A stretch of 64,000 nt of DNA. Source: Dehalococcoidia bacterium. Lineage in GTDB: Bacteria; Chloroflexota; Dehalococcoidia; Lucifugimonadales; UBA3495. The notes below the pieces were generated by a model. The model saw nothing but the letters and a program-made list of their open reading frames with translations, was not told the DNA's origin and did no database searches. This document shows, piece by piece, positions 51,047 to 60,846 of this stretch (position 1 is its first letter; the number at the start of each line of letters is the position of its first letter). A program made the translations under genes and the position numbers. The stretch is from assembly GCA_965261885.1 (NCBI GenBank), contig CBDHDY010000034.1:19474-83473 (forward strand), given 5' to 3'.

Positions 51047-51880
51047 CTAGACGGCGTGAGACCCTTGGACCAGGTGGGCCACTATGTTGTAGGAAAACCA
51101 ACCATCGCCTGTGAGAAATATCTGGGGTTTTGCCGACTCGGCATTCCTCGTGATGCTGAACCCGTCTGAATAGCCGTCGAATGACAAAACTCTCTTGTAT
51201 GGAATTCGCAGGCTCTTCTCTTGTCCCGCAAAATAGATGTTCTGCGTTGTGAGGGCTACGATTCCCTCGTCGATCAGGCGAGTCTCGTTCACCTCGACCG
51301 GTTCGCTCCGGAACACCCTTGGTTGGTAATAGACTCCCTTCATCACCCGTATGCTCGCTCCGTGGGACACCCCTCTCCTAATGATCTTTGTCCGTCGCTC
51401 GTAATAGCGCACTCCGGTGAAAGACCAAATAAGGGATTCGCTTGGCAACATGTTAAAAGGCAAGCGACCGAAATTTGGCTGCTGCGGGATTTTGCCTTCC
51501 ATCAGTTCTCTCAAGACTAAACCCTTGAGGAGTTCTCTTGCCGCTGGAGAGCCTCCGTCGTCTCTCAAGGAGAAGTATTCCACAAATGTTGCCAAGTGAC
51601 TTTCGTCTTGGGCGGACGGCAGATAATCTTCTAGTATTGTGTTTACTGCCAGATCCCAACCCTCTCTGAGGACGCTCTTCAGTTCGTCCGGATTCACCAG
51701 AGTTGAATCTTTAATTCCCTGCATATCGTGAATGAGGGAGTTAAGCGGCCTCTTCCCCACCGCTGCTTGGCCTGCGAGCCACACCATCCTCTCCCTTGCC
51801 AACGAATGCTTTTTGCGGCATTCGGAGTGGGTCTTTCGGAGGAGTCCCGCGCTTTCTCCGCAGTGGATGCAAACAGACAT
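51047..51880 (-). CDS. Hypothetical protein: N-terminal CxxC..HxxC motif, C-terminal PH-like domain
   Basis: MSVCIHCGESAG..HSEC; G.SIRV.KGVYY, IDEG.VALT.QNIYF.G...LRIPY. Confidence 0.65.
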   Translation of the reverse strand: MSVCIHCGESAGLLRKTHSECRKKHSLARERMVWLAGQAAVGKRPLNSLIHDMQGIKDSTLVNPDELKSVLREGWDLAVNTILEDYLPSAQDESHLATFVEYFSLRDDGGSPAARELLKGLVLRELMEGKIPQQPNFGRLPFNMLPSESLIWSFTGVRYYERRTKIIRRGVSHGASIRVMKGVYYQPRVFRSEPVEVNETRLIDEGIVALTTQNIYFAGQEKSLRIPYKRVLSFDGYSDGFSITRNAESAKPQIFLTGDGWFSYNIVAHLVQGSHAV

Positions 51881-52220
51881 GGCCTTACGGTGCTCCCGCT
51901 CCAAGGATGCTTATCTCTGCACAACATAAATTGCCCCGCTGGCGTAGTTAACCCTAGAGTGCCCGCATGCGTCAAATCTTCCACCAGTCCCGCCCACCAG
52001 GACTCAGTCCCGATTAATCTTTCTGTTATCGGTTTCCCCTGACTAAGCCAAACTCAGTGGCACCACCCTAGTAGTACGAAATCGTTGAAATGATGAGTGG
52101 ACAATATTGGCCTGAGCACCCGGCGATAATCGGCCGATGGTGCTCTTTGCCAAGACCCATACTCTTCAAGTCATCATTTCAAAGCAGTTGGGTTACTAGT
52201 TTCTTCTCTGTTACCTCCAG

Positions 52221-53702
52221 TCAGGCTTCGCCCGTCCCCAAGTCCCCCGCGATCTCCTCCAGCTGCTCCAGCGCCGCCCGCAGGTCCTCCAGGATTTCTT
52301 CGGCGATGACGTCGGGCGGGGGGAGGTTGGCGGTGTCTTCCATGCTCTCGTCGCGGAGCCAGAAGATGTCGAGGTTGGCCTTGTCGCGCTTTACCAGCTC
52401 GTCGTAGGTGAAGTGGCGGAAGCGCTCCGTTTCCTCGCGCCGGAGGCGGTTCTCCGGGTTGTAGCACGCCACGAAGTCGTCCAGGTCGACACGGGTCAGC
52501 GGGTTGGCCTTCAGGGTGAAGCGGCGGTTGGTGCGCAGGTCGTAGATCCACAGCTCCCGCGTCCACGGCATCTCGGCAGCCGGCTTGCGGTCGAAGAACA
52601 GCACGTTGGCCTTGACGCCCTGGGCGTAGAAGATGCCCGTGGGCAGCCGCAGCAGGGTGTGGACGTCGCACTCGGCCAGCAGGCGGCGGCGCACCGTCTC
52701 CCCGGCGCCGCCCTCGAACAGCACGTTGTCCGGCACCACGATGGCCGCCCGCCCGGTGTTCTTCAGCAGCGTCCGCACGTGCTGGAGGAAGTTGAGCTGC
52801 TTGTTGCTGGTGGAGGCCCAGAAGTCGGGGCGCTCCACCGTCAGCGTCTCCCGCTCGGTCTCGCCCTCGCTGTTGACGAAGGTGAGGGACGACTTGCGGC
52901 CGAAGGGCGGGTTGGTCAGCACGAGGTCGTAGTTGACCCCCGGATGGGCCCGCAGGCTGTCGTCCACGGTGATGTTGGTCTCGTCGCCGCCGATGCTGCG
53001 GAGGTACAGGTTCATGGCGCAGAGCCGCGCCGCGCTGTCCACGATCTCCCAGCCGTGCAGGGCGTCGCGTTGCAGCCGCTCCTTCTGGTCCCGGTCCATG
53101 GACGGGTGGCGGGCAAGGACGTAGTCATGGGCGGCCAGCAGGAATCCGCCGGTGCCGCAGGCCGGGTCGCAGATGGTGTCGTCGGGAACGGGGCGCATCA
53201 CGTCGACGATAGCCCGGATCAGCGGGCGCGGGGTGAAGTACTGCCCGGCGCCGGTCTTCACGTCCTGGGCGTTGCGCTCCAGCAGTGATTCGTAGGCGTC
53301 GCCCTTGACGTCGGCGCTGAGTTGCAGCCAGTCCTCGCTGTCGATGAGCTCCCGCACCAGCCGTGTCAGCATGGCCGGTTCCTGGATGCGGTTCTGGGCC
53401 TTGCGGAAGATGACGCCCAGGGTGCCGGGCTGGCCGCCCAACGTCTCCAGGGTGCGTCGGTAGTGGGTCTCCAGCTCGGTACCCTCGAGGGCCAGCAGGT
53501 TGGGCCAGCGGTAGCCCTCGGGGATGGGCGGCGGCTGGTAGTCCGGCAGCAGGGTGTAGGGCGGGCGGCTGCGCTCCTCCATCATCTTGAGGAAGATGAG
53601 GTAGGTGAGCTGCTCCAGGTAGTCGCCGTAGGACAGTCCGGCGTCCCGCAGGATGTTGCAGTAGTTCCAGAGCTTCTGTCCGATGTCCACCGAGGTCGTC
53701 AT
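52221..53702 (-). CDS. hsdM: Type I R-M methyltransferase subunit M
   Basis: GQYFTPR, DPACGTGGFL, NPPF, VVPDNVLFEGG, LRLPTGIF. Confidence 0.95.
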   Translation of the reverse strand: MTTSVDIGQKLWNYCNILRDAGLSYGDYLEQLTYLIFLKMMEERSRPPYTLLPDYQPPPIPEGYRWPNLLALEGTELETHYRRTLETLGGQPGTLGVIFRKAQNRIQEPAMLTRLVRELIDSEDWLQLSADVKGDAYESLLERNAQDVKTGAGQYFTPRPLIRAIVDVMRPVPDDTICDPACGTGGFLLAAHDYVLARHPSMDRDQKERLQRDALHGWEIVDSAARLCAMNLYLRSIGGDETNITVDDSLRAHPGVNYDLVLTNPPFGRKSSLTFVNSEGETERETLTVERPDFWASTSNKQLNFLQHVRTLLKNTGRAAIVVPDNVLFEGGAGETVRRRLLAECDVHTLLRLPTGIFYAQGVKANVLFFDRKPAAEMPWTRELWIYDLRTNRRFTLKANPLTRVDLDDFVACYNPENRLRREETERFRHFTYDELVKRDKANLDIFWLRDESMEDTANLPPPDVIAEEILEDLRAALEQLEEIAGDLGTGEA

Positions 53703-55210
53703 GCTGTCGCCTTCCCCTTGCCGCGCCGCACGGATTTGCCCTTGGACGCCGCCGACGCCTGCGCTTCCGCCTCACGCTCTGCCCTGATGCGCTCCAGCAG
53801 TACCGACGCCGGTTCGTCGTCGGGATCCTGGGGTACCAGCCTTCCAGAGAAGGCCTGCTTGAGGATGCTCTGCCGCAGCCGCTCCGCCCGGGCCAGGGTG
53901 GCCTCCACGGTGGCCTCTGCTTGCTGCACCACCGACAGCCGCCGCTCCACCTCCGCCACGATGCGCTCTTGCTCCGACAGGGGTGGGAGGGGTAGGAAGA
54001 TCTCTTGCACCCTTGATTTATTTAAGGCAGGTTGGTTATTGCCGGACCCAATCCGTCGCGTCTCTCTATATTGGCCCCAAAGGTAGTAATAGACGAACTC
54101 CGGAGAAGCACCGGCCTCCGATACTCGAATAGCCGCGGAGTTCTGGCTGTTGCAGGCGTATATATCCAGTATAGAGACTTGGCCACGGGTCTTGCCTTCT
54201 CCAATCATGCCCAGCAACACAGTGCCCGGGGGATGTAGGTCAGTGCTGCTATTCTTCAGACCCTCGGTAGTAATGGTTTCTCGCGTCTCCGTTATCCTTT
54301 TGAACGAAACCTCGCCACTGCTTACCCACGCTATTTCTCCATTCCAATAGTCCTCTCTGTTCCTGCGGGGTGTGGCTCCTACTTAAACATCAAAGCATTG
54401 GCCCAAAGCGATCCACACCCACCCTTCCGACAGTTCCGGGAGCGCGGAGGCATCGGGGGCAGAGGGTTCCTTGTACTTGCCCCGCCGCTTCTCCTGCGAC
54501 TCCCAGCGGGCGCGGCGCTCGACCAGGATGCGCTCCAGCAGGACGTCGGCGGATTCGTACTCGCGGCCCTCGGAGCGGGCCAGCTCCGCCTCGGTGGGGA
54601 CCAGGCGGCCCTCGCAGGCGTCCTTGAGGACGCTGGCCCAGTAGCGCTTCAGGTTGGCCTGCACCCGCCGCAGCGCCGCCACCGACGCGTCCAGCCGCGT
54701 GAACTGCGTCTCGACCTCCGCCACAATGCGCCGCTGCTCGGCCAGCGGTGGGAGTAGAACTGGCAGTTCCCGCAGTTGTTTCTTGGTGACGCCGTTGATC
54801 GTGGTCCCTCTGGATTCGTATTTGAACTTTTGAACTGCTTCGCTCAAGAAGTAAGTGAAATACAACCCGTCCACATTCGAGGCATCGAACACCAGCCCCT
54901 GACTATCTTGGCTGAAACATAGTGATTCTTACGCGAGTGCCACTTTACCCAACCCAACCCGCGTCACGACAATGACCGAGCCGCCCGGAACCAAGTTCGT
55001 CGCAGATGCTCTGACGGCGTCTTCGTTTATCTGTCTCCTAGGCCGTATATCCCTGATGCCGCAAATGTCCGCACTGGTTATCCAAGGGATGGTGCCATTC
55101 CAATGTCGGCTTTCGTCAGTGGCCGGTGTACCTCCGCCCACCACGTCGCAAAACACCCCGACAGTTGTCTGTGCCCAGCCCGCGGGATGGATTTCATTGA
55201 ACGCGTTCAG
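53699..55210 (-). pseudogene. hsdS: Type I R-M specificity subunit S with two in-frame TAA stops
   Basis: One frame throughout: P.GW, GGTP TRD1, LPPLAEQRRIV, PEGW-like, GATP TRD2, LPPLSEQERIV; TAA at 54929-54931 and 54383-54385; start uncertain (CTG 55210). Confidence 0.88.
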
Positions 55211-55461
55211 GCGATTATCCCTGCCTTGGATTTCTTAATTCCGCCCCGTATCCAGCTAAAGCTTATACCCGCTAACAAAGCTGGCAACATGCAACCAACC
55301 AGCAGATTGCGCAGCAAAAAGGCGGGAATCAAGATGAGCCAGAGAGCCTTTGAAACTGCCCACGCATCACCCAGCATGTTCTTTCCGTAGCGCCCTGCCT
55401 CTGGCGGATCTAGATAGAACGACATGATGAACTCTTTGACTTTCATTTCAACACCATTCAA
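55207..55461 (-). CDS. Small hypothetical membrane protein
   Basis: Two hydrophobic stretches; stop overlaps putative hsdS start. Confidence 0.45.
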   Translation of the reverse strand: MNGVEMKVKEFIMSFYLDPPEAGRYGKNMLGDAWAVSKALWLILIPAFLLRNLLVGCMLPALLAGISFSWIRGGIKKSKAGIIA

Positions 55462-55523
55462 CTATTGGCTTTGTTCGTCTCCACTCTTATCGCCGTACTC
55501 GAGGTGGCAAAACCCAGAGTCAA

Positions 55524-55781
55524 TCACCCGCCGGTCTCAACGGCGGCCTGCTGTGCCGGGTCGAAGGTCTGGACGGCCACTTCCACCTCTACCGCGGCAT
55601 TGAGTGGTTCTGGTATGGTCTCGCCGTGCTCCAGCATCCCTTCAACGTGGAAGTTGGCGGCTTCTTCTATAAGGTTACGAGTTTCCTCGAAGGTATCTCC
55701 TGCGGCAATGCAGCCGGGCAGGTCGGGCAGATGCGCCGCATAGCCGTTGCCGGTTTTGCCAATTATTGCCACATACTTCAT
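55524..55781 (-). CDS. hicB: HicB-family antitoxin
   Basis: Y.A.LPDLPGCIAAGDT.EE...I.EA..FH.EG. Confidence 0.88.
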   Translation of the reverse strand: MKYVAIIGKTGNGYAAHLPDLPGCIAAGDTFEETRNLIEEAANFHVEGMLEHGETIPEPLNAAVEVEVAVQTFDPAQQAAVETGG

Positions 55782-55984
55782 CGGTAATCTCTCCTGTCCA
55801 GCCCTGCTTGCTGCAAAATGCTATACCACCTCTGTGTATCCAGCTCCTTCGCGGGATTGCCAGCAATGGTCACCGTGCCCGGTTTCTCCGGATGATGATA
55901 TTGGCGATGGCTACCCCTTGTCCTTACAAGGAACCAGCCATCCCTTTCGACTATGCGGATTGCTTCTCGTACTCTGGGTGGCAT
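55778..55984 (-). CDS. hicA: HicA-family mRNA interferase toxin
   Basis: DGWFLVRTRGSHRQYHHP.KPGTVTI.G...SIL.QAGL. Confidence 0.88.
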   Translation of the reverse strand: MPPRVREAIRIVERDGWFLVRTRGSHRQYHHPEKPGTVTIAGNPAKELDTQRWYSILQQAGLDRRDYR

Positions 55985-56205
55985 GCAACAATCCTGCTCA
56001 GAGTGGCGTCGCCCTGCGACCCGACTACCCGAATCGCTTGCGGGGCTTCGCCGTCGTCGAAATGGCACAGCACGGCGTCCCGCATCATGCATATCAAGTC
56101 ATTCCAGTCGTCGCCTTGGGTAAAGATGCTATAACCCATGGCGCGAGCCTCGTAGCCCCCCTCGGGCGACTCCCGGACTTGGAAAACTATCTCTGCGTCA
56201 GGCAT
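55951..56205 (-). CDS. Second HicB-like antitoxin
   Basis: EIVFQVRESPEGGYEARAMGYSIFTQGDDW..L...RDAV.CHF. Confidence 0.7.
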   Translation of the reverse strand: MPDAEIVFQVRESPEGGYEARAMGYSIFTQGDDWNDLICMMRDAVLCHFDDGEAPQAIRVVGSQGDATLSRIVACHPEYEKQSA

Positions 56206-56252
56206 CGCAGTTCTCCCGATCTCTATTCGCTCATTATACCGCCGACCTCCGG

Positions 56253-59069
56253 CTACCCCGCCAGCGCCAGGTTCAGCTCCTCCAGCAGCGGGGCCAGGCC
56301 GTCGCCGAAGACGGCGTGGGCGCGGCCGATGCCTCCGCGCTGGGCGAAGGGGGCGTACTGCAGGTCGGCGGGATCGATGCTGACGCTTCCAGCGATGTGG
56401 TCCTTGATGTCCTCCAGCCACTGGCGCTGCTCGTCCGTGAAGGTCCGTCCGGCAATTTCTTGCGTTGCCAACCAGCCGTGGAACCGCTGCTCTACCTGCT
56501 CGGCGAAGGGCGCCAGCTCATCATCAGCGCCGACAGCGTAGCGCACCAGCGACACAATGTCCGTCAGCACTCTCTGGCCGGAGCCGCGCACCCGGTCCCG
56601 ATCCAGCTGCTCGTAGGCGTCCCACAGCCTCGCTGGAGCCCATGACCGGGGCGGACTCTGCAGCGCGTCGGCCAGCGCCTTGATTTCGTCCAGGCTCAAC
56701 CGCTGGCGGTAGGGACGCTGGTACAGCACCTGCAGGGCGGTGATCTCGTCGCGGTGCTCCTCGATGTACTCGCGGAATGAGCGGGTGAGCTCGTGGGCCT
56801 CGGCGCCGGAGAACTCCGCCCGGATCAACGTGTCCTGGGACACCGTGTCGATGGTCTGTTCATAGGCCCGGTGAATCTCAATCAGCCTTTGCCGTAACTC
56901 CGGGTTGGTCGCAAACGGCTTGGCCGCCCTCTCCAGCAGTTCCTTTTCGGCCTCGGCGATGGCCTCCTCCGGAGGATCATCCTGGCCTGTGGCCTCCCGT
57001 GCCGCGTCCAGGGCGGCGTCGGGATCGGTGGCGTTCAACAGTTCCGAAACTAGTTCCTTTATCGTGGAGCCGCCAGCCACGGACTCCACCGCATGCCGGT
57101 CCTGGGGCGAGAGCCGCCGGTCCAGGCGGGCGAGGCGGCTGGCCAGCGACGACAGGGTTTCCGGCTCCCTGTTGCCCATTGCCACCAGGTCCAGCAGCTT
57201 GTCGAATGGCACCGTCGGGTGGCGGTCCAGCGAGAAAGACTCGCCGAGCTCGCTCTCGGTGACGCCCACCGCGTCCACAATTACGAAGCGTTCCTTTTCT
57301 CTGGCGTCGGGCGTGACAGAGTTGAACTCGGTCTGCGAGATGGTACGGACGCCGCGTCCCTTCATCTGCTCGAAGAAGCTGCGGCTGCGCACGTTGCGCA
57401 TGAAAAACACGATCTCAACCGGCTTGATGTCGGTGCCGGTGGCGATCATGTCCACGGTGACCACGATGCGGGGATTGAAGCTGTTGCGGAACTGCGTAAT
57501 CAGGTCCTCGGGCTTGGCCCCGGTGGTGCGGTAGGTGATCTTCTGGCAGAACTCGTTGCCCTTGCCGAACTCCTCCCGGACGATGTTCACGATGTCGTCG
57601 GCGTGGCTGTCGTCTTTGGCGAAAACGATGGTCTTGGGCACGTGCTCCCGGCCCGGGAATATCTCCGTCGTCGCCTTGTCTCGAAAGGTCTGGATGACCG
57701 TGCGTATCTGGTCCTCCGCCACCACATCGCGGTCGAGCTGGCCGGACGTGTAAGCGAGTTCGTCGTCCAGATTTTCCCACCGCGGCTTACGGGTGCGGCG
57801 GTTACGCCTTTGCACGTTGGTGCCTGCGTCTATGGTGGACCCTTCCTCCGTTATATTCGTCCCAATTCGGTAGACGCTGTAGGGGACATTGACGCCGTCT
57901 ACTACCGCCTGAGGGTGGCTATACTCCATGACCAGGTTCTGGCGGAAAAAGCCCATGGTCTGCTTCGACGGCGTGGCCGTGAGCCCGATGAGGAAAGCGT
58001 CGAAATACTCCAACACCTGCCGCCACAGGTCGTAGATGGAGCGGTGGCACTCGTCGGTGATGATGAAGTCGAACTCCTCGATGGGGAAGTTCCGGTTGTA
58101 CTCCACCGTTGGCGGCGAGGGCCGAGCCGACGCCACGTCATACCCGGATGCCTCCTCCAGCTCCGGGTCCAGTTCCTCGCCCCTCAACATGGAGTAAACC
58201 CGCTGGATGGTCGCAATGCAGACCTTGCTCATCGGGTCGATGCTGTTGGATTGGAGGAGCTGCACGTTGTAGAGCTCGGTGAACTTCCGCCCGTCGCCTG
58301 GCACGGTGAAGCCCTGGAACTCCCGGTACGTCTGCCGCCCCAGGTTGCTGCGGTCCACGAGAAACAGTACTCGCTGCGCCCCGGCATGCTTAATGAGGCG
58401 GTAGACCTGGTTGCAGGCCATGAAAGTCTTGCCGCTGCCAGTGGCCATCTGCACCAGCGAGCGCGGGCGGGCCTCGGCCAGCGACACCTCCAGGTTACGG
58501 ATGGCCTGCGCCTGCACCGTCCAGAGGTTGGAGTCCTCCAGCGGTGGCATCGTGGTTAGCTTGCTTCGCAGGCTGTAAGGCGCCGTATAGCTTGCCTGGG
58601 TACCGGCGACTTGCCGTTGTTCAAGTTCCCACGACGGCATTGATGCTCCCAGCCACTCGGCCAGCGTATCCGGCGTATGGAAGGAGAAGACGTTCCGGCT
58701 GCGCGGCTGGGGATCGAGGCCGTTGGTGAACCGGGTCTCCGCGCCAGTGCTCTCATACAGGAACGGCAGGGGTCGGAGGTAATAAGGCAGGTCGTCCGGC
58801 AAACCCGCACCGTACTTTCCCGACTGCGCCTCCACCCCGGTGAGGGTGTGTCCCACGGGTTTGGCCTCGACCACGCCTGCCGCTCTGCCATCCACATACA
58901 ACAGATAGTCGGCAGTACCGTGACCGTGCATCAACGGAAACTCCCGCACCGCTACGCCACGGGCTGCATAGACGTTCTGGGCGCCAACGTCCTGCACAGA
59001 CCAGCCTGCCTGCTCCAGCAGCCGGTCGATGTTGGCTCTTGCCCGTTGTTCGGGTGTTGTGCCGGTCAT
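56253..59069 (-). CDS. hsdR: Type I restriction endonuclease subunit R (EcoEI-like)
   Basis: ADYLL..VEAK nuclease, ATGSGKT, DECHR, LTAT, TGTD, QMKGRG.R. Confidence 0.95.
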   Translation of the reverse strand: MTGTTPEQRARANIDRLLEQAGWSVQDVGAQNVYAARGVAVREFPLMHGHGTADYLLYVDGRAAGVVEAKPVGHTLTGVEAQSGKYGAGLPDDLPYYLRPLPFLYESTGAETRFTNGLDPQPRSRNVFSFHTPDTLAEWLGASMPSWELEQRQVAGTQASYTAPYSLRSKLTTMPPLEDSNLWTVQAQAIRNLEVSLAEARPRSLVQMATGSGKTFMACNQVYRLIKHAGAQRVLFLVDRSNLGRQTYREFQGFTVPGDGRKFTELYNVQLLQSNSIDPMSKVCIATIQRVYSMLRGEELDPELEEASGYDVASARPSPPTVEYNRNFPIEEFDFIITDECHRSIYDLWRQVLEYFDAFLIGLTATPSKQTMGFFRQNLVMEYSHPQAVVDGVNVPYSVYRIGTNITEEGSTIDAGTNVQRRNRRTRKPRWENLDDELAYTSGQLDRDVVAEDQIRTVIQTFRDKATTEIFPGREHVPKTIVFAKDDSHADDIVNIVREEFGKGNEFCQKITYRTTGAKPEDLITQFRNSFNPRIVVTVDMIATGTDIKPVEIVFFMRNVRSRSFFEQMKGRGVRTISQTEFNSVTPDAREKERFVIVDAVGVTESELGESFSLDRHPTVPFDKLLDLVAMGNREPETLSSLASRLARLDRRLSPQDRHAVESVAGGSTIKELVSELLNATDPDAALDAAREATGQDDPPEEAIAEAEKELLERAAKPFATNPELRQRLIEIHRAYEQTIDTVSQDTLIRAEFSGAEAHELTRSFREYIEEHRDEITALQVLYQRPYRQRLSLDEIKALADALQSPPRSWAPARLWDAYEQLDRDRVRGSGQRVLTDIVSLVRYAVGADDELAPFAEQVEQRFHGWLATQEIAGRTFTDEQRQWLEDIKDHIAGSVSIDPADLQYAPFAQRGGIGRAHAVFGDGLAPLLEELNLALAG

Positions 59070-59173
59070 CTATTGCGTTCCGAACGCGCAGAAATCCGCC
59101 CAAACTGTGGGTAGTCCGTTTGCACTGCTGCCATAGTATTCTATCTGATTGATTTATTGCCGGCAGGCCAGCT

Positions 59174-59596
59174 CTATCGGTCCCGACTTTGGAGGAATTC
59201 CCCTATATAGGAAACAGCCTCTTCTACGTCTTTATATAAATGAACCATCAACCTGGAGTTTCCCGCAATCATGGCCGAAAGCCGTCGGTCCTCTGTTTCT
59301 CTGGATAGGCAAATGATTGGTTTTCCTGCTGATTCGGCCAAACCAAGCTCATACCCTACCCCCAGCGATGGCTGGGTTACTTCAGCAACGACGATATCCG
59401 CCTCATGAATCCAAGCAACATCCCGCTGGAAGATTTCCGAATCAGGCATATCCCTTTCGCCTTGCTCTGTCAGCTTTGAGTTGCCAACGTGCTCGGTCAG
59501 AATTTGCCCATATGCCCGCAGCTTTTCGATGAGCCTGCGGTAAACGTCTTGGTCTTGAGTTCCTCCTCGTATCGAACCGGCAAAGTATATCTTCAT
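59174..59596 (-). CDS. DNPH1/Rcl-like 2'-deoxynucleoside 5'-monophosphate N-hydrolase (nucleoside 2-deoxyribosyltransferase family)
   Basis: IYFAGSIRGG, LTEHV, RDVAW..ADIVVAEVTQPSLGVGYELG, LSAMIAG. Confidence 0.9.
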   Translation of the reverse strand: MKIYFAGSIRGGTQDQDVYRRLIEKLRAYGQILTEHVGNSKLTEQGERDMPDSEIFQRDVAWIHEADIVVAEVTQPSLGVGYELGLAESAGKPIICLSRETEDRRLSAMIAGNSRLMVHLYKDVEEAVSYIGEFLQSRDR

Positions 59597-59643
59597 TGAT
59601 ACTCCCGAAGGTTTCTCGCTACCTACTTTGGGTTAAAGGTGAG

Positions 59644-60670
59644 TTACAGCCTCCCCCGCTGCCGTCCCCGGTCTCCCGCCCTTCGCGACGATGGCGCTCT
59701 CCCCAACCGGTCCCCCGGGCTCACTTGGCGGTGGAACTCCATGGCGTCCTCGGCACCCAATGTACGGAAATATGTATCGGGGATCTTCCTCCAGCCGCCG
59801 ACCAACTGCAGCACACGCTCCGGCATTCCGGAGCGTAGAGCGTTGACCGCGTAGGAGTGGCGAAACCTGTGGGTGTGCAGGTTGGGGATGCCGGCTCTCT
59901 TCCCCAGGCGCTTCAGTATCTGGAAAATCCCGTTGGGCAGGATCGCCTTCCCCTGTTCGGATACCCACAACGAGTCAGTGTTCGGGAGCAGCTTTTCCCT
60001 TTCCAGGAGATAATCCAGGAGTGCGGACTTGGCAGCGTCGCCGATGGGCATCCAGCGCTCGCGGCGTCCCTTGCCCATCACCAGCACCACGCCGGTCTCC
60101 ATGTCCATGTCTTCAAGGCGTATTTTTGAGATTTCGGTCAGTCGTCCCGGTGTATCAAATAGCATGTACAGCACGGCCTGGTTGCGGACCAGTCGGAAGC
60201 GGTGAGCTGGAGTCTTGGCAAGGGGCGGGGTTGGTGAGTATGAGGAGGTCCCGCATCTGGTCCTCCGAGACCACGGGAACCGTTTTCTCATCCAGGCTTG
60301 GGGGCTTGATCAGGTGTAGGGGATTTTCTTCGACGTACCCGCGTTCCACGAGCCAGGTGAAGAACCGGTTAAGGCGGCGATACTGGGCGTTGATGTGGCC
60401 TTTGGACAGCTTTTTGGGGACGAGATTCTCCCGCTTCCCGAACCACCTGGTGCGGCCCTGGAGGTAGGCGAGATAGTCCTCAATGTGGTCCGTGATGATC
60501 TCGCGCACCACAGGCCAACTCTGTTCCTCGGCGTACAGGGCGGCCATGGCAACGGTGGTTTCGAGGCTGGTCAGATACCCTTCGGAGTACCGGTTGGAGG
60601 CCTTCAGGCTGCTGATGAAGCGTTTGCCGGATTCGCGAAGACTGAGGTCAAAAACCTGCTTGACGACCAT
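59644..60670 (-). pseudogene. Tyrosine recombinase/integrase, +1 frameshift near 60225
   Basis: SAM-like N-domain in 60155..60670; R, GKG, HRFRH, Y catalytic part in 59644..60291; extra C in gcccctt. Confidence 0.85.
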
Positions 60671-60736
60671 TTATCTGGTGGCACCTGAGAGAAATAGCCG
60701 TCATTTTGTATCTGATGGTACCAGAAAATGTGTGTT

Positions 60737-60784
60737 TGGTGGGCCTGGATGGACTCGAACCAACGACCTCGGTCTTATCAGGAC
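60737..60784 (-). repeat. 3' half of tRNA-Ile(GAT), att-like site
   Basis: gtcctGATaagaccgaggtcgttggttcgagtccatccaggcccacca; D-arm and 5' acceptor strand absent. Confidence 0.85.
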
Positions 60785-60846
60785 AGTTTTCAAACTGGCC
60801 CAGGATTCAACCAGGCCTGACTGCGGTCCGGAGCGATCGGAACGAC

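Noticed and set aside
53699-55210. Invertible hsdS shufflon driven by the nearby recombinases
   Set aside because: Only one hsdS, with no inverted silent TRD cassettes or flanking inverted repeats seen; the recombinases are tRNA-associated integrases.
60737-60784. Functional tRNA-Ile gene
   Set aside because: The 5' acceptor strand and D-arm are missing; treated as an att fragment.
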